Assembly (NCBI GenBank): GCA_035389185.1
Contig: DAOORK010000001.1
Coordinates: 129,006 to 193,005 of the forward strand
Length of the DNA: 64,000 bases
From: Candidatus Woesebacteria bacterium
Lineage (GTDB): Bacteria; Patescibacteriota; Microgenomatia; UBA1400; MFAQ01
Direction: 5' to 3'
Under the pieces are notes generated by a model, which made no database searches, was not told the DNA's origin, and worked only from the letters and a program-made list of their open reading frames with translations. Below, in pieces: positions 46,141-56,400 of the stretch. The translations under genes and the position numbers were made by a program. Within the stretch, counting starts at the first letter, position 1. Each line of letters starts with the position of its first letter.

Positions 46141-46311
46141 CTATTTGTGTTTTGTTTTATCCACTAGCACAAATTGTTGCCTTTTACCCTGGTTGTTTGG
46201 CGGTGTTTTATCACCTCGACTGAGAGTGTACTCAGTCGTACCACCCGAAGGTCGGTACTGTCCAGAAACTGGAGCAAGTTTGCCTGTATAGGCAATTACT
46301 TTTTTCTGCAT
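46141..46311 (-). CDS. hypothetical small protein (56 aa)
   Basis: ATG preceded by an AGGAGG RBS, internal to the 81-aa track ORF; Gly/Thr-rich. Confidence 0.4.
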   Translation of the reverse strand: MQKKVIAYTGKLAPVSGQYRPSGGTTEYTLSRGDKTPPNNQGKRQQFVLVDKTKHK

Positions 46312-46454
46312 TTCCTTTTTCCTCCTTTCTCGCCGGGCTACGGCGTGCTGGTTGCACCGCTCCTTCGAGAAATTTAGCTGTACCAATAAAGACGCTCTCT
46401 ACTGCGAATAATCTATCACCAAAAATCTAACTTAGCAACTTTTTACTTAGAGTG

Positions 46455-47780
46455 CTAATTATTGATTAAAATATACCTGTTTTTGAGAACGAACCTTGTG
46501 TTAATAAGTGAGAGAATTTCCAATCTTTCTTCTGAAGTTCCTCCCCTGAGAATATGGATCAGGTAGTTCTTCGCCATTGCTTTGAATTCTAGTTTTCCCG
46601 GAATCATTCCATTTTCCCCATCGAACTTACCCAACATATATTCTTGGTGGAGTACATCGGTTTTTAACCTGTGATATCTTTCGATGTCCTCTTGGATTTT
46701 CCGAGAGATGCCAGCCTGATTGTAAGATATTTTGTCGATATGACCAATTATTTGTTTAACGAGATCATCTTCCTCAACATATGGTTCGTTACATTCGTAA
46801 TCTAAATATCTCCGACAGTGGTAGTAGATATGCTTTTTAAACCCTCCTCCCCTTAATTTTCTCAGTTTCTCTTCTGCGGTTACCGAACTTCCGCAAGATC
46901 CACACTTTATTAATGTTTTGAAAGCAAAGATATTTTTGTTCCATGTCTTTGGTACTGTTTCCAGTTGTTTTTGGACTTTCTCGAATAACTCTTTGGTAAT
47001 AAGTGGTTTGTGTTTGCCCTTGTACCAGATGCCACTTCCAGATGGAAATTCAAACTCACCATAATAGAATGGATTTTTGAGAATTGCGTGAACTTTACTC
47101 GTGGGACACAACACACCTTGTCTGGTTTCAAAACCAATTCTATCTAGCCATCTTTTTACCGACCTACCACTGTGACCTTGGACACCAACTCTTTCAAACA
47201 TTTGTTTTACAAATGGGGCCCTAATTGGATCGAGGATAACCAGCTCATCAGTACGGCCATCTCCCTTTTGGTTGAGATATCCCATCGGAGCCATACTTGG
47301 TTTCCAACCTAGACTACATTTGTTTCTTAATCCCCTTTCGACATTTACTCCCTTGTTATCGTTTTCCAATTTGGCTTGGGAGCAGAGGATCATCAGAAGA
47401 AATTTTTCGTTGGGACTATTGGTGAAGGATTGGCTGTAAGTTTGGATGCGGAGTAGTTTCTTCTGGTCCATGAGGTCCACAAGTGTTCCCAGATCACCCG
47501 CATTACGGCTTAGACGATCAGGTGCCCATGTGAGTATTCCGTTGAACTTTCCGGAGCGAATTCCTTTTATTAATTCCACAAATACAGGTCTTGCTCCAGA
47601 TTCTTTGGCTGAATGACTTTCTATTTTTATTTCTTTTACTTTTATGTTTTCTCTCTTAGCCAATACTTTCATTTCGTCAATTTGAGAATCAATGGACATA
47701 ATTTGTCTTTCGTCACTTTCAGAAGACTTGCGGGCGTAGAGACAGTAACTTATTTCCTGTGTTTTTGTGGATGTATCCAT
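46455..47780 (-). CDS. large serine recombinase (integrase)
   Basis: N-terminal resolvase catalytic domain (YARKSS, SIDSQ Ser), recombinase domain, Cys zinc ribbon (CGSCGS...C), coiled-coil C-terminus; 441 aa. Confidence 0.85.
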   Translation of the reverse strand: MDTSTKTQEISYCLYARKSSESDERQIMSIDSQIDEMKVLAKRENIKVKEIKIESHSAKESGARPVFVELIKGIRSGKFNGILTWAPDRLSRNAGDLGTLVDLMDQKKLLRIQTYSQSFTNSPNEKFLLMILCSQAKLENDNKGVNVERGLRNKCSLGWKPSMAPMGYLNQKGDGRTDELVILDPIRAPFVKQMFERVGVQGHSGRSVKRWLDRIGFETRQGVLCPTSKVHAILKNPFYYGEFEFPSGSGIWYKGKHKPLITKELFEKVQKQLETVPKTWNKNIFAFKTLIKCGSCGSSVTAEEKLRKLRGGGFKKHIYYHCRRYLDYECNEPYVEEDDLVKQIIGHIDKISYNQAGISRKIQEDIERYHRLKTDVLHQEYMLGKFDGENGMIPGKLEFKAMAKNYLIHILRGGTSEERLEILSLINTRFVLKNRYILINN

Positions 47781-47813
47781 TACTTATCAATGTACCGCAA
47801 GTTTTCTGTAAGT

Positions 47814-49244
47814 CTAGTCCAGGTATCTAACTCTTGGCTCTCCTTTGCTTGCCTCAGCTATGAAATAGTAAAAACCGAGAGTGAAAGCATCAACTAGATC
47901 ATCGTGTGGCTCTACCCCAAAATGAATAATCTGTCCGATTAGCTCATCGGCTCCATGGACTGGAAAAAGCACTTTACCGTTTTGAATCCAACTACTGGTA
48001 AGTGAGAGTCGACTTCTTTTGTCATTTCCACCGATTGTTATTCCTTTTACGTTTACGCTCTCGGTTTCCAACATTTGGATTAAACTTTTTTGATAAGCAA
48101 CATCTTCTACTAAAACTAAGGGTGAATATTGGAGAAGGGATTGTCGGAGATCATTAATTATTTTGATTGTTTCCGGCATTCCCATTCTTTTATTTACCAT
48201 TGTGGGCATTACCTTCACTTGGATATCTTTGTGGTAACCATACATCAGGAATATTACGATTGCGGTTTTGTCTGCCCTTTGGTTTTCGGAAATAGCAGGA
48301 TCGACAGATATGACGGCACACCTCAGATTTTTTGTATCGATTGGAAGTGTGGAGTCATATCGAGCAATCCACTCCGGTAAAACGACTTGATCACCATCGG
48401 GGATTATTTTAAGCATGAACTCCCGAAGAAAATCGGAATCACTGGCAGTTTTCTTTCTCAATCTTTCAATTGAACGTTTGTCCGTAAACTTCCCCGGCCA
48501 AAGGATTTTGCTTCCCCTCATCAAGGGATACTGTTTATAGATTCCGTCAATTCTTTTCTTGGATATGGCTTTCTTCATCCTCATCATTAGAGAGTCTTCG
48601 TGGACGAGATTACCGATGAAAACAATTTTAGTGTTTTGATCTCCTGAAGGAATAAGCTCCGAGTTTACAAATTGCCAAAGTTTATCTCTTCCTTCTTTCG
48701 TCTTAGCCGACTGCATATCCTCGATATCATCGCAGATGATGAGATCTGGACGGTATTGGCGATGGCGAATACCTCTCATACTTTGTGAAACGGAAACTAC
48801 GGTAATTCTGGCATTGTATCGATCCAAAACTAAACTCTCACTATTCCACTCTCCCTTTTTGGAAGCGAAACTTCCAAAGTCTGTATAAAGTAGTTTGTTT
48901 AACTCCAATTCCGCTTTTATATTTGATAAAGTTTGCTGAGCCTGTTGTTGGGTTTGGCAGACGATCAAAACATATTTCTTTTGTGGCGCACCTACGATTG
49001 ACCAGATCGGGTATGAGAGTGTCATTATGGTCGATTTGGCTGACCCACGGAAGGCAACAATAGCTAGTGTTTTAGTATCGACATTCTCCGTTAAACGAAA
49101 TATTTCCTGTTGGAACTGAGCGGTTTCGTATTTAACAAAAGAAGAGAAATATGTATGGAAAAACCAATAATGTGAACCAAAGGTTACTGATTGCCTTACC
49201 GCTGGATTACCGATGATATTTTCAAAAAGTTTCTGCTTTTCCAT
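47814..49244 (-). CDS. phage terminase large subunit
   Basis: ATPase Walker A-like AFRGSAKST, Walker B LIICDDIED, C-terminal RNase H-like nuclease Asp residues (VISVDPA, LVEDVAYQ, HDDLVDAF). Confidence 0.75.
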   Translation of the reverse strand: MEKQKLFENIIGNPAVRQSVTFGSHYWFFHTYFSSFVKYETAQFQQEIFRLTENVDTKTLAIVAFRGSAKSTIMTLSYPIWSIVGAPQKKYVLIVCQTQQQAQQTLSNIKAELELNKLLYTDFGSFASKKGEWNSESLVLDRYNARITVVSVSQSMRGIRHRQYRPDLIICDDIEDMQSAKTKEGRDKLWQFVNSELIPSGDQNTKIVFIGNLVHEDSLMMRMKKAISKKRIDGIYKQYPLMRGSKILWPGKFTDKRSIERLRKKTASDSDFLREFMLKIIPDGDQVVLPEWIARYDSTLPIDTKNLRCAVISVDPAISENQRADKTAIVIFLMYGYHKDIQVKVMPTMVNKRMGMPETIKIINDLRQSLLQYSPLVLVEDVAYQKSLIQMLETESVNVKGITIGGNDKRSRLSLTSSWIQNGKVLFPVHGADELIGQIIHFGVEPHDDLVDAFTLGFYYFIAEASKGEPRVRYLD

Positions 49245-49656
49245 TTTCTTTGATTGGTTTTTCTTTTATGACTCCTGAAAGCAGAAGTGCTTCTCTTACA
49301 ATTGCCTCTTCATCAGGTGTGAGATCATCACGCAGGTGATTCTGGTCGGAAGAGATTTCCAACTTGGGAATGTATGACTGGTGATGATTTTTGAGCCAGA
49401 AGATGATGGCAGTCATATTCTTGTCTCTTATCGATGAAAGCAACTGCGACTCGGCCATGTCATTAATCATCTCAATGCCTTCTTTGAGAGCTTTATCGCT
49501 TTCCTCTTTGAACTTTTTATCCTCCGACCGCCAACGATAGTAGGTGGCACGGCTAACCCCTGATTTTTCGCAAACGACTTGGACAATTGGTGTCTTTTGC
49601 AACAACTCGATGAGTTTGCTTTTATTTTCTTCTTGACGTTTTTCGATGGTGTTCAT
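49222..49656 (-). CDS. putative terminase small subunit / HTH DNA-binding protein
   Basis: HTH VSRATYYRWR; lies immediately upstream of and overlapping the terminase large subunit. Confidence 0.5.
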   Translation of the reverse strand: MNTIEKRQEENKSKLIELLQKTPIVQVVCEKSGVSRATYYRWRSEDKKFKEESDKALKEGIEMINDMAESQLLSSIRDKNMTAIIFWLKNHHQSYIPKLEISSDQNHLRDDLTPDEEAIVREALLLSGVIKEKPIKENGKAETF

Positions 49657-50978
49657 GTGATTTGTTTAGCTTTTAATCCAGTGAGTCTCTCCCATCTTTT
49701 TTTGATAACCTCAGCGTAGACTGGAGACTTCTCCATGAGATAGCAACGACGTTTCATTTTGGTAGCCGCAATCAAGGTTGACCCGCTGCCACCAAATGGT
49801 TCGACAATCAGGTTACCTCGCTTGGTAAGAACTTTGATGTATGGAATTAATATCTCGGTTGGTTTGGTGCCGAAGATCACACCTTGGCCGGAATGTTTTT
49901 CATCTGAGGCATTAAACTCAATGAAATCTGTTGGTTGTGTTTTCTTTCCTTTCTCATACCCTTCCCATTGAGGTTTGCCAGATATGGCGTAGAGTGCGGT
50001 TTCATATTCTTGCTGGAGTCCGTCTTGTTCTTCCTCGTTGTTGTACTGAATATCCACTTCTTTTGACGCTCCAACCATGGCAATGTCATGTTTGCTGAAG
50101 AACTTATATTTAGCAGAGAAACCTTGATGTCGATTGGGTAAATGCCAAATTATCATATTTTTTACTTTCCAATGTTTTTCCATTTCCCCCCAAATGGTTC
50201 GTAGGTTCTTCCAGTTTTCGTAAACAATGATGGAGAAATGTTCCTTTTGAATATTGGCGATGCTGTTCATCCATTTTTCAGTAAAGTCTAACGGAAGACT
50301 TTCGGTTTCCAAATATCTTCGATCTCTTTTAGCTCCGAATCCTGTTACCGCTTTTCCGTGGCGTTTAGCTTTTAGATAGTCGAGAATGTATGGAGGATCG
50401 GTAAAACACATATCTGCTTTCTCCCCAGCCATCAACTTGAGCCATTCTTCATCGTTGGTGGAATCTCCACACATCAATCTGCTTCCGTCGAGGTCATAAA
50501 TATCACCTTTCTTTATATTTATTTTGGTGATATCCATCTTCAATAGTTCCTTCTGGAGATCAAACTGTTCCGGTGTGTCTTCAATCTCAAAGATTTGATC
50601 TAACTCTTCACTGGAGAAACCAACACTATCCAAAAAAGCAGAATCAAAATCGGCTAACAAACCCCAATCCCATTCACCTGTGTTTTTGTTTAGTCTGAGA
50701 TTTAACTCTTTTTCTTTCTCGATGTCGGGAATATTTACATAGACCACAGGAATTGTTTCGAAGCCCATTTCTTTGGCGACTTCTAACCTGAAATGACCAC
50801 CGATGACAATGTTCTTCCTTTCTGGAGCTTCGTTGACGATGATTGGATCGACCAATCCAAATTTGGTAATACTTTCTTTCAACTGGTCAGCTGATTGTTT
50901 ATCGTGCTTCCTGGGGTTGTATGCCGCAGGATTAAGTTCCTTTATGAAAACTTGGGTTATTTGTATTTGTTTACTCAT
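49653..50978 (-). CDS. ParB-like nuclease domain fused to a DNA methyltransferase (beta-class N4/N6)
   Basis: N-terminal ParB/Srx block (GGHFRLEVAKEMG), motif IV DPPY placed before motif I FGGSGST, so beta-class permutation. Confidence 0.85.
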   Translation of the reverse strand: MSKQIQITQVFIKELNPAAYNPRKHDKQSADQLKESITKFGLVDPIIVNEAPERKNIVIGGHFRLEVAKEMGFETIPVVYVNIPDIEKEKELNLRLNKNTGEWDWGLLADFDSAFLDSVGFSSEELDQIFEIEDTPEQFDLQKELLKMDITKINIKKGDIYDLDGSRLMCGDSTNDEEWLKLMAGEKADMCFTDPPYILDYLKAKRHGKAVTGFGAKRDRRYLETESLPLDFTEKWMNSIANIQKEHFSIIVYENWKNLRTIWGEMEKHWKVKNMIIWHLPNRHQGFSAKYKFFSKHDIAMVGASKEVDIQYNNEEEQDGLQQEYETALYAISGKPQWEGYEKGKKTQPTDFIEFNASDEKHSGQGVIFGTKPTEILIPYIKVLTKRGNLIVEPFGGSGSTLIAATKMKRRCYLMEKSPVYAEVIKKRWERLTGLKAKQIT

Positions 50979-51000
50979 GTTTTTTGAGTAATTGATAATA

Positions 51001-51062
51001 AAAAATGCCTACCTCACAAAAACCTGCTTCAACGCGAAGCGATAAGTTTCTGTGAGGTAGGC
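51001..51062 (-). terminator. large-loop hairpin, probable terminator of the minus-strand operon
   Basis: Perfect 12-bp inverted repeat gcctacctcaca / tgtgaggtaggc around a 32-nt loop, with an A5 run (T-run on the minus strand). Confidence 0.4.
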
Positions 51063-51150
51063 ACGACCGAGGCGAGGCCTCTTCGATAGCTTTGGAGCCA
51101 TCTCCTATCAGGTATTCCTGAAATGAGTGATTCCTACACCACTAATTTAA

Positions 51151-51486
51151 TTATACTGATTTTTTCTGTATTTTTTTCAGGCGCTCTTTTACGTCTTCTC
51201 CAAGAAGAAAGGGTATGCCATTTGGCATAATTATCCGGATGGTCATTCCTTGCTTATTGGCTTTTTCTATTGCTTGAGTAATTTCTGGACCAAAAGGAAT
51301 TGTGAACGTCATTTTCCCTGTCGATTCATCGAGCTTAACATTATCTCTAGTCATAAATGCACGTCCCTGTTGTCCAGTAGATATGGATTTGGAGATAGCT
51401 CTGCCAAATGAAACAGGTTTCCTTACCTCTTGGGTGTGTAGAGAAATATCGGTAAATTGGATATCAAAATATTTTTCATCGGTCAT
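51151..51486 (-). CDS. hypothetical protein
   Basis: 111-aa ORF, last gene of the nuclease-receiver operon. Confidence 0.45.
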   Translation of the reverse strand: MTDEKYFDIQFTDISLHTQEVRKPVSFGRAISKSISTGQQGRAFMTRDNVKLDESTGKMTFTIPFGPEITQAIEKANKQGMTIRIIMPNGIPFLLGEDVKERLKKIQKKSV

Positions 51487-51498
51487 AACTTAATTATA

Positions 51499-51876
51499 TT
51501 AATTTTGACCGTACTTTTTCCCGATTTGGTCTTTGAGTTCTGCCGCGAACTTTTCCAAATCTTGATACTCCTTGTTTATCACAACTTTTACGCCTATTTT
51601 TAGAAGTTCCTCGTTGTATGGTGGGACAGAAGAAATTCCAATTATTTTATCTACTCCAAATTTTTCAAAATCTAATGCATGGAAAGATCCGCCCATGGCA
51701 CAATCACGGTCAAGAAGAATTATGTCGAATTTTAGTTCACTAGGGTTAAGTATCTTTTCGACTTGCTCATAAGTGGAAAAAACTACTGGAGCAAAATCTA
51801 TCTTTGTTTCGAATAATACTCTAAAAATTATCGAGAGCGTCTCCAAATCATCTTCGAGGATAAGCATTGACTTCAT
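51499..51876 (-). CDS. response-regulator receiver-like (CheY-like) domain protein, stand-alone
   Basis: MLILEDD ... ILLDRD pattern (phospho-acceptor Asp position) with alternating beta/alpha periodicity; 125 aa. Confidence 0.4.
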   Translation of the reverse strand: MKSMLILEDDLETLSIIFRVLFETKIDFAPVVFSTYEQVEKILNPSELKFDIILLDRDCAMGGSFHALDFEKFGVDKIIGISSVPPYNEELLKIGVKVVINKEYQDLEKFAAELKDQIGKKYGQN

Positions 51877-53369
51877 TGTCCTTGTTTATCTAAATAGTCT
51901 TTGATAACCATGGTAGCTACACAGTCGTCTTCGTTATACAGAAGAATTCTGTCCATATCGGCCTTGTCTTTGGTTTCAAGATAGTGGTTAAACCATTCAA
52001 TAGACATGGCGCCGGAGGGTGTCTTGTCTCGCCAGCTAAAGCCTAGATACTGAGCAATTTCTTTTAGAGAGTAGCTCATCAAGGGCCAATCGGTATGTTT
52101 GGAAACTACAGAATATAGATCTATTGCTTTTTCTTCACTAAAGAACCAAGCAAGTTCTTCCTCAGTAACCACATCCGGATACTTTTCTCTCATGCGGCGA
52201 TAGGTTGTCTTCTCGTGGTGGGAATAATAGTAAGTAGTAAAGTCGTCTTTGGGTAGTGATCGAATATATTGCCAAAAATTACTCCAGGCTTCTCTTTCTG
52301 ATTCGTCGGTTTTGTCTAATGCAGTAAAGTCTATAAACCTCTCCCCTTTTGGAGAGCGCTCGTATACACCATGAAGATAGACAAAGGCTTGGGTGGGATC
52401 GTCTTCAATATCAAAATATAATTCGTAGCTTGTTTTGGGAAAGTTCATTTTTTCGTAAATGACGGGACTTTTTGTAACTTCCATGATTTTTGATCTTTGA
52501 ACAAACTTTGTGAGTTTTGCCTCTCCCAAACCAAATAAATACTTTTTGTCTTTTTTCTTTTTGGCCAATAGTGTGTCGATGTCCAGGTCAATCAAATCTA
52601 TGTAGCTTTCAATGTCCAAATCTCTTTCTAGGATATCTCTGTTGGCCCTACCGAGACAGAAGATCATACTTGGGTCATGACTCTCTTTTATCCATTTTTT
52701 GCAGCTTGCGTACCATGGGCAAAGTTTGCATTTGCCGGAATATGCTGGTTTGTTTTTTATTTCGTTATTTAAGAGCTTCCCTGCCATTACTTTTGTTTCT
52801 TGGTAAAAGTCCCAGTAAGTTTGAGGTGTTTTTGTGCCAATAGGTTTATCCAAGTCGTATGTAGTTCTCTCGGAGTTAATATCGATAATGGCACCAGAAT
52901 GTTTTTTAGCAAAACCGAGATTGATAAGCACTTCGCAGTAGAGAGCGAGTTGAACCGCATAATGTATTTTGTATTTTCCCTCATTATCATTTTCCTCATC
53001 TACTCCCTCAACTCCCATACCGCTTTTGATGTCGACTGGTAGGTAGGTACCGTCTGGCTGTATTTCTAAGAGGTCCGGAATGCCAAAGAGCTCGCTGTGG
53101 CGAATAGCTCCTTGGTAAATGAGTGGCATTCCTGCATTCATGGCTTCTAGAGTGGCTTTTTCTCTTTCTTTCTCCCCTACTTCTTTGAGATCCAGAATCT
53201 TTCCCAGCTTGCCCACTATATTTTCTTCGTGACTGACTCCTTTTTCCCAAAGCATTTCTACAAAGGGATTTGTATCTGGATTCTTTTCGGCCTTTGGGCC
53301 ATACACATCACGCCAAATACGATGTTCGCACTGGAGGTAGTTATATAGTTTAGATGGTGTGATTTTCAT
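51873..53369 (-). CDS. RecB-family nuclease, TM0106-like (Cas4-like PD-(D/E)xK with Fe-S cysteines, plus a C-terminal RNase H-like domain)
   Basis: N-terminal Cys (YLQCEH), IPDLLEI...VDIK, QLALYCEV (QxxxY), CKLCPWYASC; C-terminal FDIEDD ... YYSHHEKT ... YNEDDC; ATGA overlap with the receiver gene. Confidence 0.55.
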   Translation of the reverse strand: MKITPSKLYNYLQCEHRIWRDVYGPKAEKNPDTNPFVEMLWEKGVSHEENIVGKLGKILDLKEVGEKEREKATLEAMNAGMPLIYQGAIRHSELFGIPDLLEIQPDGTYLPVDIKSGMGVEGVDEENDNEGKYKIHYAVQLALYCEVLINLGFAKKHSGAIIDINSERTTYDLDKPIGTKTPQTYWDFYQETKVMAGKLLNNEIKNKPAYSGKCKLCPWYASCKKWIKESHDPSMIFCLGRANRDILERDLDIESYIDLIDLDIDTLLAKKKKDKKYLFGLGEAKLTKFVQRSKIMEVTKSPVIYEKMNFPKTSYELYFDIEDDPTQAFVYLHGVYERSPKGERFIDFTALDKTDESEREAWSNFWQYIRSLPKDDFTTYYYSHHEKTTYRRMREKYPDVVTEEELAWFFSEEKAIDLYSVVSKHTDWPLMSYSLKEIAQYLGFSWRDKTPSGAMSIEWFNHYLETKDKADMDRILLYNEDDCVATMVIKDYLDKQGQ

Positions 53370-53462
53370 TTAGACAAGGCGACTCCTGTGTTTTATATGC
53401 ACTCTTCGGGTGGTGGCTAAATTATATGCCAGTTATTCATCAATAGAGTTACAATAGAAACT

Positions 53463-56400
53463 ATGACTTTCAATAAAATATTGGATCGTTTTAGGTCTGA
53501 ATCATTTTCTGAGCGAGATAAGGGATTTAAGTTTGAAAGGCTTATTCAAGCATATTTATACACTGACCCAAAATATACCCACCTACAAAAGATATGGCTT
53601 TGGGGTGAATTTCCCTTTCGCTCCTCATTTGGAGGCCAAGATGTAGGAATTGATTTGGTTGCTAAAACATTTGAAGGTGAATATTGGGCAATACAATGCA
53701 AATGTTATCAAGAAGATAATCGCATTAATAAAGAGGAGGTCGATACTTTCTTAGCCACATCGAGTCGCAGTTTTAAGGATGAACAATTAGCAGAGATCAA
53801 ATTTAGTCACTGTCTTTGGGTTTCTACAACAAATAATTGGTCCTCAAATGCGAACGAATCGTTGCAAAATCAAAATCCTCCGGTAACCAGAATAAATCTA
53901 TCTGACTTACAGGAAGCATCTGTTGACTGGTCTAAAATAAGTGAAGGAATGTATGGTGAGAAAGCACGAACTCCTAAGAAGCAACTTAAATATCACCAAA
54001 AAGAGGCCCTTGATAAAGCCATAAACTATTTTAAGAATGACAACCGTGGAAAATTAATCATGGCTTGCGGCACAGGCAAGACTTTTACCAGTCTAAAGAT
54101 TGCAGAGGAACTGACAAATCACACTGGTACTATTTTGTTCTTAGTCCCCTCGATCGCCTTACTCGGACAATCTCTTCGAGAGTGGACAAGTGACGCCGCA
54201 GAAGAAATAAATCCTATTGCAATCTGTTCTGATTCGGAAATTACAAAAGACAAAAAAAAGAATGAAGACACCGACACCTACAGTGTAGTTGACTTAGCTA
54301 TCCCCGCCTCTACAAACATGAGAGACATTCTCAAACAATTTGAGTATTTTGAAATGGCAAAAAAGAAAGGCCTGACCGTTGTCTTCTCCACATATCAGTC
54401 AATTGATGTAATTTCCCAGACCCAGAAGAGACTTGAAAGTATCGGGAGTAAGTACCAAAAGTTTGATCTTATTGTATGCGATGAAGCACACCGTACTACT
54501 GGAGTAACGATTTCCGGAGAGGATGAATCATCATTTGTCAAAGTACACGACAATGCTTTCATTAATGCAGATAAGCGTATATACATGACTGCCACACCTA
54601 GACTATATGGTGAAGAGTCAAAGAGAAAAGCTGAAGAAACATCTGCTGTGTTGTGCTCAATGGATGATGAGGCACTTTATGGTAAAGAAATATATCGCAT
54701 TGGCTTTGGTGAGGCAGTTGAACGAGATTTACTGTCGGACTACAAGGTCTTAATCCTTACTCTTTCCGAAAATGATGTAACTCCAGAGGTCCAAAAAATA
54801 CTCCAGAATCCTGAACACGAAATCGGTGTTGATGATGCTTCAAAGTTGATTGGATGTATAAATGCAATGTCAAAACAAATTATTAGTGATAAGGGCACTG
54901 TGAACACAAATGACCCTGATCCTATGCGACGTGCCGTGGCATTTACTTCGAGCATAAAGATTTCCAAAAAAATTACTGATTCGTTTAATGAAATTGGTGA
55001 AACTTACGCAAAATCAGTTCCGGAACTAAAACAACAAACACTAGTAAACCTTAACTCAAAACACATAGATGGATCTATGTCTGCGACTGACCGCAATGAG
55101 CTTATGTCTTGGCTAAAGGCAGAGCCTAACGACTCCCAAGAGGCTCGGGTTCTCACAAATGTTAGATGTTTAAGTGAAGGTGTTGATGTACCAACTCTCG
55201 ATGCTGTTATGTTCCTTTCGGCAAAGAACTCCCAAATTGATGTAGTTCAATCAGTGGGTCGAGTAATGCGAAAAAGTCCAGGTAAACAATATGGTTATAT
55301 TATTATTCCTATTGTTATCCCAACAGATGTTAAACCTGAAGATGCTCTGAAAGATAATGATAGATATAAGGTTGTCTGGACAGTATTAAACGCACTACGT
55401 GCACATGATGACCGATTTAACGCGATTGTAAATAAGATCGATCTAAACAAAAATCGTCCAGTACAAATTATTATCGGAAGGCCAGATCCAGATGGTGATG
55501 GAGATCCTTTTAATGATTCTGACGAATCAAAAAAGGCACTCAAGGGTTCTCAGCTAGCATTACAATTTGATCAACTCCAAAATGCTATTTATGCGAAAAT
55601 GGTGCAAAAAGTTGGTGATCGTCAATATTGGGAAAACTGGGCAAAAAGTGTTGCAGACATAGCTGAAAGGCAGATTGTAAGAATCACGAAGATAGTTGAC
55701 GAAGATGACTCTGCGCACATGGGCTTCCGTGAATTTGTTCGAGGTCTACGAAAAAATATAAATCCATCGATAACTGAACAGCAGGCTATTGAAATGTTGT
55801 CGCAACACATAATCACAAAACCAGTTTTTGAGGCATTGTTTGAAGGGTATTCTTTTGTTTCAAACAATGCAGTGTCCATATCTATGCAAAAAGCACTTGA
55901 TGCTATAGAAACAAAGGCTATCGAAGATGTTGATGCAGAGCTTCTTCAGGGGTTTTATAAATCAGTTCGAAAACGAGCAGAGGGAATTGATAATTCAGAA
56001 GGAAAACAAAGAATAATAGTTGAGCTTTACGACAAATTTTTTAAGACTGCATTTCCAAAACTGGTAGAGCAGTTGGGCATAGTATATACACCTGTGGAGG
56101 TGGTTGATTTCATAATCCACTCCATAAATGATGTGTTACAAAATGAATTTGGTCGTAGCTTGAGTGATGAGAATGTAAATATTCTCGACCCATTCACTGG
56201 GACAGGAACATTTATTACTCGCTTATTACAGACTGGTGTAATAAAGCATCAAGATCTTGAAAGAAAATACAAGGGAGAAATTTTTGCTAATGAAATAGTA
56301 CTACTTGCCTACTACATAGCAGCAGTAAATATTGAAAATGCATATCATGATCTGCTTAAAAAAGATGTCTATGAGAGTTTTGAAGGTATTGTTCTTACTG

